A stretch of 64,000 nucleotides of DNA, from positions 5,296-69,295 of the forward strand of contig JACRIJ010000048.1 of NCBI GenBank assembly GCA_016220095.1. The letters are read 5' to 3'. Below are positions 30,473 through 39,783 of this stretch, in pieces. The position numbers were made by a program, and so were the translations under genes. Position 1 is the stretch's first letter, and every line of letters starts with the position of its first letter. The stretch comes from Planctomycetota bacterium. Its GTDB lineage: Bacteria > Planctomycetota > MHYJ01 > JACQXL01 > JACRIJ01. Under the pieces are notes generated by a model that worked only from the letters and a program-made list of their open reading frames with translations, was not told the origin of the DNA and searched no databases.

Positions 30473-30501
30473 ATTATACCCTACAAAACGCGAAAAGTCA
30501 A
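30473..30501 (-). promoter_or_regulatory. Sigma-70 promoter of the lipoprotein gene
   Basis: The minus strand reads TTGACT, a 17-bp spacer and TATAAT. It lies about 85 nt upstream of the ATG, which has an RBS GGAGG. Confidence 0.65.
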
Positions 30502-30694
30502 GGCAATTATAAAGTTTTTTTTTGTAACACTGGTAAGGCGAAGGAAGCAGGGAGAAGACAGACCGGACGTCCGTGGCCCGTTTAAACGGGAACCGGGCAA
30601 CGGGAACCGGGTGACGTCCTCTCTCCTTCGTCGTAATCTGTGCGGTTCTTTGTAGTTTGACGGCGGGACGGCTGATTAGGGACAATGGAGTTAA

Positions 30695-30817
30695 GGGGGC
30701 AGGCATCAAAATTTAAGATTTTAGATTTGAGAATTAAGATTTTCTAAAACATTCTATCATCCTGCCATTCTATCATTCTTTCGTTCCGTCCGTCCTTCAT
30801 TCTTCATTTTTCGTTTC
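30695..30817. repeat. R1 copy, inverted relative to 26281-26405
   Basis: Together with R2 and R3 copies it forms a composite module of about 300 bp. That module is the inverted counterpart of 26281-26590, and the two flank the lipoprotein gene. Confidence 0.8.
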
Positions 30818-32413
30818 GGCATCAGACGCCGTCAATATGCGCGGTATGAACATCAGGCCTTTTACCACCTGCTGGGAGATGTCGTTTACCATTACGGTTA
30901 TCGGTTTTGCGCCGGTGTCCGTGAGTTTCATTATCCAGAACAGCACCGCTAATCTTGCCACGGAGGTCCACAGGAACAGTATCTGTTGGTAGCACATCCC
31001 GGCTACCTGCACGTTATAAGACTGGATGATGCTCGCCAGGCTTCCTGCCAGCATCGCTGAACTTGCCGCGGCTACGTTGGCAAAACAGGAGAATATCGCG
31101 TAATAGACCTCTTTTCCCCTCTGGGGCGAAACGCCAAGAAGCATATTGAATAAGGCCAGTTCAAGTCCGCCCCATATAATCCCCGATGAAATGTAGTCCC
31201 ACCATATAGGCAGGGTAAAGCCACGCCTTGCAATAATATACATCAGCGGATGGAATACCCCGAAATAAACTGTAAAAAGCATGACGGGCTTGTTGCCGTA
31301 TTTCTGAATCAGCCTTCCCCATATAGGTATGAAGATAATTCTCGCCACCTGCGAAGCCAAAGACATCAGGGCTATGCTTTTGTAAGTCAACGACAGGTTC
31401 TCTATCTGGAACGCGCCCCAGAACGGCCCCGCAAATCCGTTCAGAAAACCCCATAATACAATAAAGAGCAGGAGATTATTGAAGTTTTTATCCTTCCTGT
31501 ATTCCTTCCAGCTGAAAGGTTCCTGCGCCGGAAAGGTCTGTTGCGCCGGTTCCGGCTGTCTGAGTATGAAAAAAAGCGACATAAGAGACGCTATAGCTCC
31601 GGCAATGAACAGGATTGAAAGCCCGACGAATTCCAGCGTCTTAAACGAATTGCCGAATAGATCCATTATCTTATCCGTGAACGGGAAGATATCCATGAAA
31701 AATTTCCCGATGCCTTTTGACATGTCCAGAACGTGGCTCGGGTCGTTTTTGTCCAATTGGAAATTCGCAATGAAGTACCCTGCCGCGAGGGTTATGACGA
31801 ATGAGACTATGGTAACGTACATGTTTCGCCGGCCGAAATAGGTTGAACGGACTTTTTCAGGCACCAGGTCGCTCATCCAGCTTGTCCAGACGTTGCCGCT
31901 TATAGCGAGGCTTGCCCAGCTGATTCCGTAGATGATGAAGAAAATCATGAGTGCCGTGGATTTTACGAAAAAGCACGGTATGAAAGGCACGGTTATCCAG
32001 ATAAACCTTGATACGATGCCTGTGACGGCGGTGACATTTTTCCTGCTGGATATCCTGCTGAGGAATACCGACGTGAAGACCGGTATGATGTTTACGAGCG
32101 GCGGAATGGCGGCCAGGAGCCCGTAATGGAATTCATTCGCGCCTAACAGGATGATGAACCCCAGCGGGTAAATGCCGCCGGTGAGCGCCATGTGCACGGT
32201 CGCGAAACATCCTTCAATAGTTGATATCTTTAACCCGTAACGGGTATCTGTTTTCTTTGTGGACATAACCTTAATATAACGATTTAAGATGTAAGATTGA
32301 AGATATAAGGTAATACTTAAGCTATTTGAAGTAATTCCCCCCTCCCTTGATGGGAGGGGGCATAGGGGGAGGGTGAAAAACATTTTCCCCCTTTCTCTGT
32401 CCCTCTCCCGCAA
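30797..32413 (-). CDS. MFS-type transporter
   Basis: About 12 TM helices. The likely true start is the Met at 32266 (MSTKKTDTRYGLKIST...), which gives 489 aa. The upstream part of the track ORF overlaps the palindromic repeat. Confidence 0.7.
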   Translation of the reverse strand: MRERDRERGKMFFTLPLCPLPSREGGITSNSLSITLYLQSYILNRYIKVMSTKKTDTRYGLKISTIEGCFATVHMALTGGIYPLGFIILLGANEFHYGLLAAIPPLVNIIPVFTSVFLSRISSRKNVTAVTGIVSRFIWITVPFIPCFFVKSTALMIFFIIYGISWASLAISGNVWTSWMSDLVPEKVRSTYFGRRNMYVTIVSFVITLAAGYFIANFQLDKNDPSHVLDMSKGIGKFFMDIFPFTDKIMDLFGNSFKTLEFVGLSILFIAGAIASLMSLFFILRQPEPAQQTFPAQEPFSWKEYRKDKNFNNLLLFIVLWGFLNGFAGPFWGAFQIENLSLTYKSIALMSLASQVARIIFIPIWGRLIQKYGNKPVMLFTVYFGVFHPLMYIIARRGFTLPIWWDYISSGIIWGGLELALFNMLLGVSPQRGKEVYYAIFSCFANVAAASSAMLAGSLASIIQSYNVQVAGMCYQQILFLWTSVARLAVLFWIMKLTDTGAKPITVMVNDISQQVVKGLMFIPRILTASDAETKNEE

Positions 32414-32456
32414 GGGGAGAGGGGATTACTTCAAATGACTTAAATCTTACATCATA
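32283..32456. repeat. Nested palindromic element with G-quadruplex-prone core, in the divergent promoter region between the MFS gene and dodecin
   Basis: The core reads GGGAGGGGGCATAGGGGGAGGG plus CCCTCCC/GGGAGGG hairpins. The outer inverted repeats are taagatgtaagatt/aatcttacatca and tttgaagtaat/attacttcaaa. Confidence 0.7.
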
Positions 32457-32708
32457 GATTTGTTTTCTTTGGTTACGGCTGGTTTGTTTTGCCTTATCTT
32501 ACACTTACACTTTTTCTTTACAAAAAGAATCGTTAATGTTTAAATAGTTTTAATATGTAACTTCTACGTTTTTAGCCACGAGGGCACGAAGACACGAAGG
32601 ACGCATGTTTCAGTACAATGATTGACATTCGGCATTCTTTATGTAAATCTTCATGCCTTCGTGGCAATATATATAGTGGTTGATTTTTATTTTTTAGGAG
32701 TATTTTTT

Positions 32709-32912
32709 ATGGCAGTCGCAAGGGTTTCAGAAATAGTAGCTTCTTCTTCCAAGGGTTTTGATGATGCCGTTAAGGAAGGGTTCCATCGCGCATCCAAGAC
32801 CTTAAGGGGCATCACCGGCATTGAAATCACAAAGTTTCAGGCCAAGGTCGAAGGCAATAAGCTGAAAGAATACCGCGTTCATATGAATGTAACGTTCATA
32901 TTGGAAGATTAA
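32709..32912 (+). CDS. Dodecin-family small flavin-binding protein
   Basis: 67 aa (MAVARVSEIVASSSKGFDDAVKEGFHRASKTLRGITGIEITKFQAKVEGNKLKEYRVHMNVTFILED). It has the RBS aggag. The track ORF 32622 start is too far upstream. Confidence 0.7.
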   Translation: MAVARVSEIVASSSKGFDDAVKEGFHRASKTLRGITGIEITKFQAKVEGNKLKEYRVHMNVTFILED

Positions 32913-32976
32913 GTCTGAGGTTTACACCGTGATCCGTTTAAACGGGAACCGGGCACCGGGTCACGGGAAACGGAAA

Positions 32977-34434
32977 TCAATCCACCCAGTAATTCGGCGC
33001 TTCCTTGGTTATAACGACGTTATGGGGATGGCTTTCTTTCAGGCTGGCCGTGGATATCTTGACGAAGCGCGCCTTTTCGCGCAATTCTTCGATATTCTTC
33101 GCGCCGCTGTAGCCCATGCCTGCTTTGAGGCCGCCGATTAACTGATGCACAAAATCAGACAACGGGCCCTTGGACGGCACCAGGCCTTCTATTCCTTCGG
33201 GTACGAGTTTTGAGCGTTCTTCAACGCTTGACTGCTGATAGCGGTCTTTACTGCCTTTTTCCATCGCGTCAATGGAGCCCATGCCGCGGTATGCCTTATA
33301 AGACCTTCCTTTATATATAATGGATTCTCCAGGGCTTTCATTCGTACCGGCAAACAGGCTTCCTATCATCACGCTGTTTGCGCCTGCGGCAATGGCCTTG
33401 GTGATATCGCCCGAATGCGTAATGCCGCCGTCGGCTATAACGGGTATCTTGTATTTTTCCGCGGCGAGCGTGCATTGGTAAACCGCGGTAATCTGCGGGA
33501 CGCCTACGCCGCTTATGATTCTCGTGGTGCATATGGAACCGGGCCCTATGCCGACCTTTATCCCGTCGGCGCCGGCTTTTATCAATTCTTCGGCGGCTTC
33601 ATTCGTGGCAATATTGCCGGCAATCAATTCTATGCCGAATTTCTTTTTTATTTCTTTTATTGTTTCAATGACGTTTTTGCTGTGGCCGTGCGCCGTATCC
33701 ACGACGATGACATCCACGTCGTTTTTTACGAGTTCGGAAACCCTGTCATAATCATGCACGCCGACTGCGGCTCCGACTCTCAACCTGCCGCGGCCGTCCT
33801 TGCAGGCGTTCGGATATTGCAGGAGCTTGTTTATATCTTTGATTGTTATCAGCCCTTTTAATTGGAAGGCCTTGTCAACCAGCAGTAATTTTTCAACCTT
33901 TGCCTGATGCAGGATCTGTTTGGCCTGTTCAAGCGATGTCCCGAACGGCGCCGTTATAAGGTTGGTTTTGGTCATTACGTCGGCTATTTTCTTGCTGTCA
34001 TCCTTCTGGAATCGCAGGTCCCTTATGGTAAGTATGCCGACAAGTTTCTTCCTGTTGTCAAGGACCGGTATGCCGGAGATATGGTGGTCGTTCATTATTT
34101 TTTTCGCGGTCCTGATGGTTTCGTCGGGCGGGAGCGATATGGGGTCAAGTATGATTCCGTTGGCGGACCTTTTTACTTTCATAACCTCCCGCGCCTGGTC
34201 AACGACAGGCATGTTTTTATGGACGATGCCTATGCCGCCTTCCTGGGCGAGGGCTATGGCGAGCCGGGAATCCGTTACGGTATCCATGGCCGCGGATACG
34301 ATAGGTATGTGCAGGTTTATATTTTTGGTCAGGCGCGTCATGGTGCCGATCTGGGACGGCACGATGTCGGATTTGTTCGGCACTATCAGGACGTCGTCAA
34401 AGGTAATCCCGTCACCTATGAATTTGTCTTTCAT
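32977..34434 (-). CDS. guaB: IMP dehydrogenase GuaB
   Basis: 485 aa. It has tandem CBS domains, the catalytic loop ([11 protein letters not shown]) and an IMPDH barrel. Confidence 0.95.
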   Translation of the reverse strand: MKDKFIGDGITFDDVLIVPNKSDIVPSQIGTMTRLTKNINLHIPIVSAAMDTVTDSRLAIALAQEGGIGIVHKNMPVVDQAREVMKVKRSANGIILDPISLPPDETIRTAKKIMNDHHISGIPVLDNRKKLVGILTIRDLRFQKDDSKKIADVMTKTNLITAPFGTSLEQAKQILHQAKVEKLLLVDKAFQLKGLITIKDINKLLQYPNACKDGRGRLRVGAAVGVHDYDRVSELVKNDVDVIVVDTAHGHSKNVIETIKEIKKKFGIELIAGNIATNEAAEELIKAGADGIKVGIGPGSICTTRIISGVGVPQITAVYQCTLAAEKYKIPVIADGGITHSGDITKAIAAGANSVMIGSLFAGTNESPGESIIYKGRSYKAYRGMGSIDAMEKGSKDRYQQSSVEERSKLVPEGIEGLVPSKGPLSDFVHQLIGGLKAGMGYSGAKNIEELREKARFVKISTASLKESHPHNVVITKEAPNYWVD

Positions 34435-34627
34435 ATATAAATCCTTTCGTAAGAAGTTCAGGGGATAAAAAAACGTTTTTTAGCCACAGAAAACACAGAG
34501 AGCGCAGAGAACTATGGCTCGTAATTCGTGGCAAAAATGTCATCGTTATTCCTCCGTGATCTCTGTGCGCTCTGTGGTTTCGTAATCGTCCGCCGTCCTT
34601 CATTATTCATTTTTCATATTTCATTTT

Positions 34628-35227
34628 TTACTTATATCTTCGCAGTGTCTCAAACGGGTCTTCCATTTTTATTATAACCGGGCTGGCTGACGCCTGGAAG
34701 GCCGCGGTTATGGCGGTTCCGATGTCTATAAAAGCCTTTTGTTGTTCCGCATTAACGAGCGATTCGTAAGCGACAATGCGTTTCATTTCCGCGGTTTCAA
34801 GGCAGATGGCCTTGGAAACATCCATGGCCCTGGAGGTTTTTTCCGCGGCGGGCATGTCAAAGAAACCGTTATCCCGCATGATTTCCAGCAATCTCGCGGA
34901 AAATTTTATGTCCATTACGGATTCCAGCGGCGCGCCGAGATTCTGGAGCGGGTTTCGGGCGTACATGTGTTTATTAAGCCAATCCTGCGTCTGCATTACT
35001 ATAATGGCGCTCGTGTAGGGATTTTCGGGTTTTGTAAATGTCTGCGGGGTGGCTCCGGCGAGTTTGTTGTTATAATACGAAATCCTTACGTATTTCGGGT
35101 TTATTTCCGGAGCGGCGCCGGAAGTTGACGCGCAGGAGGCGCAGAGTATTGACAGCGCGAAGGCAAATGCGATGCCCCGCCAGTTCTTCGTTCCCGGTAT
35201 CCTGAAAAATACGTTGAAAAAATTCAT
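34628..35227 (-). CDS. Hypothetical lipoprotein
   Basis: 199 aa with a signal peptide and the lipobox ILCASC. It is translationally coupled to proS (stop and start overlap). Confidence 0.5.
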   Translation of the reverse strand: MNFFNVFFRIPGTKNWRGIAFAFALSILCASCASTSGAAPEINPKYVRISYYNNKLAGATPQTFTKPENPYTSAIIVMQTQDWLNKHMYARNPLQNLGAPLESVMDIKFSARLLEIMRDNGFFDMPAAEKTSRAMDVSKAICLETAEMKRIVAYESLVNAEQQKAFIDIGTAITAAFQASASPVIIKMEDPFETLRRYK

Positions 35228-36960
35228 TACTGTAACCGCATTTTTTCCATTAGGGTCGTATATTCATTCCAGAAGCCGTGTATTTTCACGCCGACTTCGT
35301 TTATGTTTACGGTGTATTGTTCTTTTTGCATGCGAAGTTTTACGTCAACCGTATTGCTTTTGAGCGTTTTTGAGCCGACCGTTATGCGGATGGGCATTCC
35401 GATGAGGTCAGCGTCCTTGAATTTGACTCCCGCGGACACGTCGCGGTCGTCCAGGAGCACGTCAATGTTCATGCCCTTCAATGTCTCGTATATGCCGTTG
35501 GCCGCGGCGGCTATTTTTTCGTCTCTCGGATTTATGGCGGAAATTACCGCCTGAAACGGCGCCAGATTAGGCGGCCAGATAATGCCGTCCTGGTCATTGA
35601 AAAGTTCCAGCGCGGAGGCGATAATCCTGTTTACGCCTATTCCGTAACAGCCCATTATTATCGGGTGCGATGCGCCTTTTTCGTCCAGGTACAGGGCGCC
35701 GAGTTTCTGGGAATATTTCGTGCCGAGTTTGAATATATGCCCTATTTCAATGCCGCGCGAAATAGAAAGGGTGCCGTCGCATTTAGGGCACTTGTCGCCG
35801 GTAACGCATACGCGCGCGTCAACGAATTGGGCCGGAGTGAAGTCGCGGTCAAGATTGACATTGGTTAAATGCGTATCCGCTTTGTTTGCGCCGGTGACGA
35901 AATTTTTCAGCGCCTTTACCGAATGGTCCGCGATAACGGTCATTTTCAATCCGACCGGCCCGGAGAATCCAAGGGGGCCGCCGGTGGTTTTTTCTATGGT
36001 TTCCTTATCGGCCATGGCGATATTGGCCGTATTAAGGATGTGCGCGAGTTTGGTTTCATTGACGTCATGGTCACCCCTGACAAGCACTGCAACGGGTTTG
36101 CCGTCCGCGACATAAATAAGCGTTTTGACAAGTTTCATTGCGGGCACTTTCAGGAATTCCGTAACCGCGTCAATGGTGGATTTGCCCGGGGTTAAGACGG
36201 ATTCGCTTGCTTTCAGTGGTTCCTGTTCTAAAGATTGCGGGGGCCGGCATTCGGCCTTTTCCATATTGGCGCTGTAGCGGCATTTGCCGCAGGAAACAAG
36301 CAGGTCTTCGCCGGATTCCGCGGGGATCATGAATTCCAGGGACGTATCCCCTCCCATAAGTCCGGAATCCGCCAGTACTATTTTATATTTCAGTCCGCAA
36401 CGGTCAAAGATACTGCTATAGGCCTTATACATCGCGTCAAAGCTCTTATCAAGTCCGCCTTTTGAGGTGTCAAACGAATAGGCGTCTTTCATAAGGAATT
36501 CCTTACTGCGTATGACGCCGAAGCGCGGGCGTATCTCGTCGCGGAACTTGGTCTGTATCTGGTATAGGTTGATAGGCAGTTGTTTATAAGACGAAATCTC
36601 ATTGCGTACGATATGCGTAACGACCTCTTCGTGCGTAGGGCCGAGGACCATGATTTTGCCGGTCCTGTCGGTGAATTTGCACATCAGAGGGCCGAAGGCG
36701 TTAAAGCGTTCGGATTCAATCCACAGTTCCGACGGCTGGAGCACGGGCATAAGAATTTCCTGGGCGCCGGCGCGGTTCATTTCCTCGCGTACGATGTTAA
36801 TGGCCTTGTTTAAGACCTTGAAACCTGCGGGCAGGTAGTTGTAGATGCCGGAACCGAGTTTTCTTATAAGGCCGGCGCGGATCATCAGCTTCTGGCTGAT
36901 AGTATCCGTTTCGGAAGGGTCTTCTTTTAATGTGGGAATAAGATAATTGGACCAGCGCAT
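35227..36960 (-). CDS. proS: Prolyl-tRNA synthetase (bacterial type with an editing domain)
   Basis: 577 aa. It has class II aaRS motifs, an INS editing domain and an anticodon-binding domain. Confidence 0.95.
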   Translation of the reverse strand: MRWSNYLIPTLKEDPSETDTISQKLMIRAGLIRKLGSGIYNYLPAGFKVLNKAINIVREEMNRAGAQEILMPVLQPSELWIESERFNAFGPLMCKFTDRTGKIMVLGPTHEEVVTHIVRNEISSYKQLPINLYQIQTKFRDEIRPRFGVIRSKEFLMKDAYSFDTSKGGLDKSFDAMYKAYSSIFDRCGLKYKIVLADSGLMGGDTSLEFMIPAESGEDLLVSCGKCRYSANMEKAECRPPQSLEQEPLKASESVLTPGKSTIDAVTEFLKVPAMKLVKTLIYVADGKPVAVLVRGDHDVNETKLAHILNTANIAMADKETIEKTTGGPLGFSGPVGLKMTVIADHSVKALKNFVTGANKADTHLTNVNLDRDFTPAQFVDARVCVTGDKCPKCDGTLSISRGIEIGHIFKLGTKYSQKLGALYLDEKGASHPIIMGCYGIGVNRIIASALELFNDQDGIIWPPNLAPFQAVISAINPRDEKIAAAANGIYETLKGMNIDVLLDDRDVSAGVKFKDADLIGMPIRITVGSKTLKSNTVDVKLRMQKEQYTVNINEVGVKIHGFWNEYTTLMEKMRLQ

Positions 36961-37057
36961 TTAATGAAAAACTTCCTAAAAAAGCGTAAATCTATAATCC
37001 GGCAATTATATCAAAAAAAACGCGGTATGCAAGAAAAAAAGGATGACGAAGGTAACC

Positions 37058-37284
37058 CGTCAGTAAACTGTGGCATTTCAATATGTGATTTGTGATATAA
37101 AACAAATAAAAGCGTATAGTAGCCCAGCCATTTATGGCTGGGTTTGTATGTCAAAAGCCTAACATATACGCCATTTATGGCGTTATGTTAAGGGTATGAA
37201 TGCCCTTTATGTTTTTCAATTTTCTATTCCCCAGCCATAAATGGCTGGGCTACTAACGTCCTTTAATGCCACCGTTTACTGACG
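37058..37284. mobile_element. MITE-like palindromic element with 20-bp terminal inverted repeats
   Basis: The terminal inverted repeats are CGTCAGTAAACTGTGGCATT and AATGCCACCGTTTACTGACG. A nested internal inverted repeat reads agtagcccagccatttatggctggg / cccagccataaatggctgggctact. A related partial copy lies at 56933-57050. Confidence 0.6.
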
Positions 37285-37472
37285 CCTTACTCAGGCGGCA
37301 AGATTTTCCTTGACAAACACAGGAAGGAAGTGGTAGTTCCAACTTAAGGAGGGAGTGATAGGGACGGATTTTAACGATTCACTTTTCAGGTATTATATAT
37401 TTCGAAAAATGAAAAGGCTAAGCGCCACAGAATTCCGCGTGAATCATTGAACGCTTTATGCTTTTGTTCATA

Positions 37473-37512
37473 AGCGTGGAGTGATGATTTTTCAGCTCCA
37501 CGCTTTTTTTTT
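37473..37512 (+). terminator. Rho-independent terminator on the plus strand
   Basis: A perfect 9-bp stem (agcgtggag/ctccacgct) is followed by T9. Confidence 0.6.
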
Positions 37513-37888
37513 AACTTTCTGGCCGAGCGGAAGACCGAAGAAGGTAACCGATGCCAATCTGAATCACAAAATCTTCCACCCCCTTCGGAAGTACGAAATA
37601 AATCGACGTTCTTTGTGTCCTCGTGCCTTCGTGGCTAAAAACATACTATCGGCGTAAGGGGGTAGGCTTTCCTTTCTTCGCTAAAGCTGCGGACAGCGCG
37701 GCTCTAAGTGTACTTTGGCGTTTGTACTTTGTAATTTAACGGCGGGACGGCTGATTAGCCACTAATGAACACTGATGCACACGAAAAGCTGTTGAAGCTC
37801 CCTGTTGCTTGCAGTAGTGAGCTTCAACAAGATGAATACATGGATTCCCCCCTACCCCATAACTTCGTAACCCCACAACCCCGTAACC

Positions 37889-39739
37889 CTACGGCACGTA
37901 CATGACATACGTTATGGCGGGCAATTCTATGTAATAATTATTATCCGAGGTTATATTGCGGAGCAAAGGATATTTGAAATTCCTGTCCAAAAGGCATCCC
38001 ATGGCGGCCATGCAGAACTGCCTGGTATTTTTCTGCTTTTCTTTTTTGCAGATACCTATGAGTATTTCAGCGGTTTTTACGTCGCCGAGCCGGCCCATAA
38101 GGTCTATCGCAGTCAATTTGAGTTCCGAATCGTCGGTTTTTACGTCGTCTTTCAATTCTTTATAAACGAATTTGTCTTCCCCGAGCATCATAAGGGCGTA
38201 CATGGCGCTCCGGTATATTTCCGTATCGCGCTTTTTGGATTCGCTGAGGGATTCCTTGATTTTCTTGACCGCGTCCTTGTCAGGTTCGCCGATTATTCCG
38301 AGCGCGAGTATTGCGTATTTTTTCAGGGCAGGATACCTTTTTTTCTCGGTGCATTTTACAAGCAGGCCGATGGAATCCTTATCGCGGAGCAACCCCAGCG
38401 CAAGCGCGCACGCGGCGCGCACGGCTTCAAACTTTTTTGCGTCATCGGCGATATCGGAGAGTATTTTGGAAGCCTTTTCCTTATTGCCGAGGATGCCGAG
38501 CCCGATAGCGGCAAAGCCCTGCAATTCGGGGCTTGTGCTGTTTACCAGCGCGTCCAGCAGAGGGTCGCACGCGGCCTCATTTCCGAGTCGGCCCAGCGAT
38601 ACTGCCGCGAAACATCTGGCCATGACATCGCGGTCCGTACGCAGTATTTTTATAAGCGTATTCAGGCCTTTTTCGTATTTCATAGAGCCCAGCGCGACAG
38701 CCGCACTGCGCCTGATATCCGGGTTTTCATCATCAACGGCGCCCCGGATAATCTCTCCGGCGGAATCTCCGCCTATCCTTCCGAGCGCCAATACCGCGCA
38801 TGCGCGCACGTTATTGAAAGTATCCCTTTTTTCGCTTGAGTTCAGGACGGTGCCGAGGAATTCCGTACAATCATCGGCCTTCATCATACCCAGCGCCGTT
38901 ACCGCGCAGGAGCGGACCTCCCAATCCTCGTTTTCATCCGTTATAAACTGCTTTAATGCTTCAATGGACGGTTTATGTCCCATAAAGCCTATGGCGAACG
39001 CCGCAAAACCCCTGGTAATTTTATTGCTTTTCCTGTCTTTCAGGAGTGACATCATCTTTTCAGCGTGCGATATGTCGCCGAGCATGCCAAGTCCGAGGAT
39101 AGTAAAATTCAAGAGGTCTTTTTCGCTGGCATCAAGCAATTTTTCAATATCCTGCGCGGCGAATTTATCATTGCTTTTCGCCAGGGCTATCACCGCGGGA
39201 AAACGGATTTCAGGGTCTTTATCCTTAAGGCATCCTAACAGGAAATCCCACAGGAGCTTGTATTCATTTTCGCGCACTACGCGCGCATCGTCTTTTTCAT
39301 CCAGGCCTTCGGTCTTATCAAAAGGATAAACCCTGCCCGTATCAATAAATTTATCCTGATTCAACTGCCACCAGAATTCCCATGCCGACGCCATATTTTC
39401 ATAAGACCTTTGATTGCCTGAAGGCATTTCAGAACCGGCGGAGCCTGAATCCCCTGAAGAATCGGGCGGCGCGGAAGGAGACGCGGCCGGAGAAGGGGTT
39501 GGCTGGGGCGGCTGTTCCGTAGGGGTGCTCTTGGGCGGGGCCTTGGGCGGAATGCCGGCCGGAGGCTGTGTTTTAGGCGGTTCCGGGGGAGGAGGCGGGG
39601 GCGGGTCGGCCCAGCGCGCCCTGAATTTTCCGCACGCATCGCCGCCGCAGATGCACCACGCATAGCTGTAGCCGCGCGCGGCATTAAGAACGGTTGCCAA
39701 AATTAGCACCGTAAAAAACAAACGAAAGATTTTTTTCAT
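37889..39739 (-). CDS. Exported HEAT/PBS-lyase-repeat protein with a proline-rich N-terminal region
   Basis: 616 aa with a signal peptide. The N-terminus is P-rich (PPPPPPPEPPKTQPP). About 12 HEAT-like repeats follow (RxxAxxALG motifs). It lies immediately downstream of the giant protein gene. Confidence 0.7.
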   Translation of the reverse strand: MKKIFRLFFTVLILATVLNAARGYSYAWCICGGDACGKFRARWADPPPPPPPEPPKTQPPAGIPPKAPPKSTPTEQPPQPTPSPAASPSAPPDSSGDSGSAGSEMPSGNQRSYENMASAWEFWWQLNQDKFIDTGRVYPFDKTEGLDEKDDARVVRENEYKLLWDFLLGCLKDKDPEIRFPAVIALAKSNDKFAAQDIEKLLDASEKDLLNFTILGLGMLGDISHAEKMMSLLKDRKSNKITRGFAAFAIGFMGHKPSIEALKQFITDENEDWEVRSCAVTALGMMKADDCTEFLGTVLNSSEKRDTFNNVRACAVLALGRIGGDSAGEIIRGAVDDENPDIRRSAAVALGSMKYEKGLNTLIKILRTDRDVMARCFAAVSLGRLGNEAACDPLLDALVNSTSPELQGFAAIGLGILGNKEKASKILSDIADDAKKFEAVRAACALALGLLRDKDSIGLLVKCTEKKRYPALKKYAILALGIIGEPDKDAVKKIKESLSESKKRDTEIYRSAMYALMMLGEDKFVYKELKDDVKTDDSELKLTAIDLMGRLGDVKTAEILIGICKKEKQKNTRQFCMAAMGCLLDRNFKYPLLRNITSDNNYYIELPAITYVMYVP

Positions 39740-39783
39740 TTTCCTAACTTGTTCCAGAAGGCCCTGGTATATTACCTGAATTT

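Noticed and set aside
26281-30835. Possible CRISPR array or DGR because of many repeats near large surface proteins
   Set aside because: The repeats are heterogeneous modules, not a fixed-length repeat with regular spacers. No cas genes or reverse transcriptase are anywhere in the window.
38172-39684. 385-aa and 107-aa ORFs antisense to or overlapping the HEAT-repeat gene
   Set aside because: They are shadow ORFs. The minus-strand frame has a signal peptide and regular HEAT repeats.
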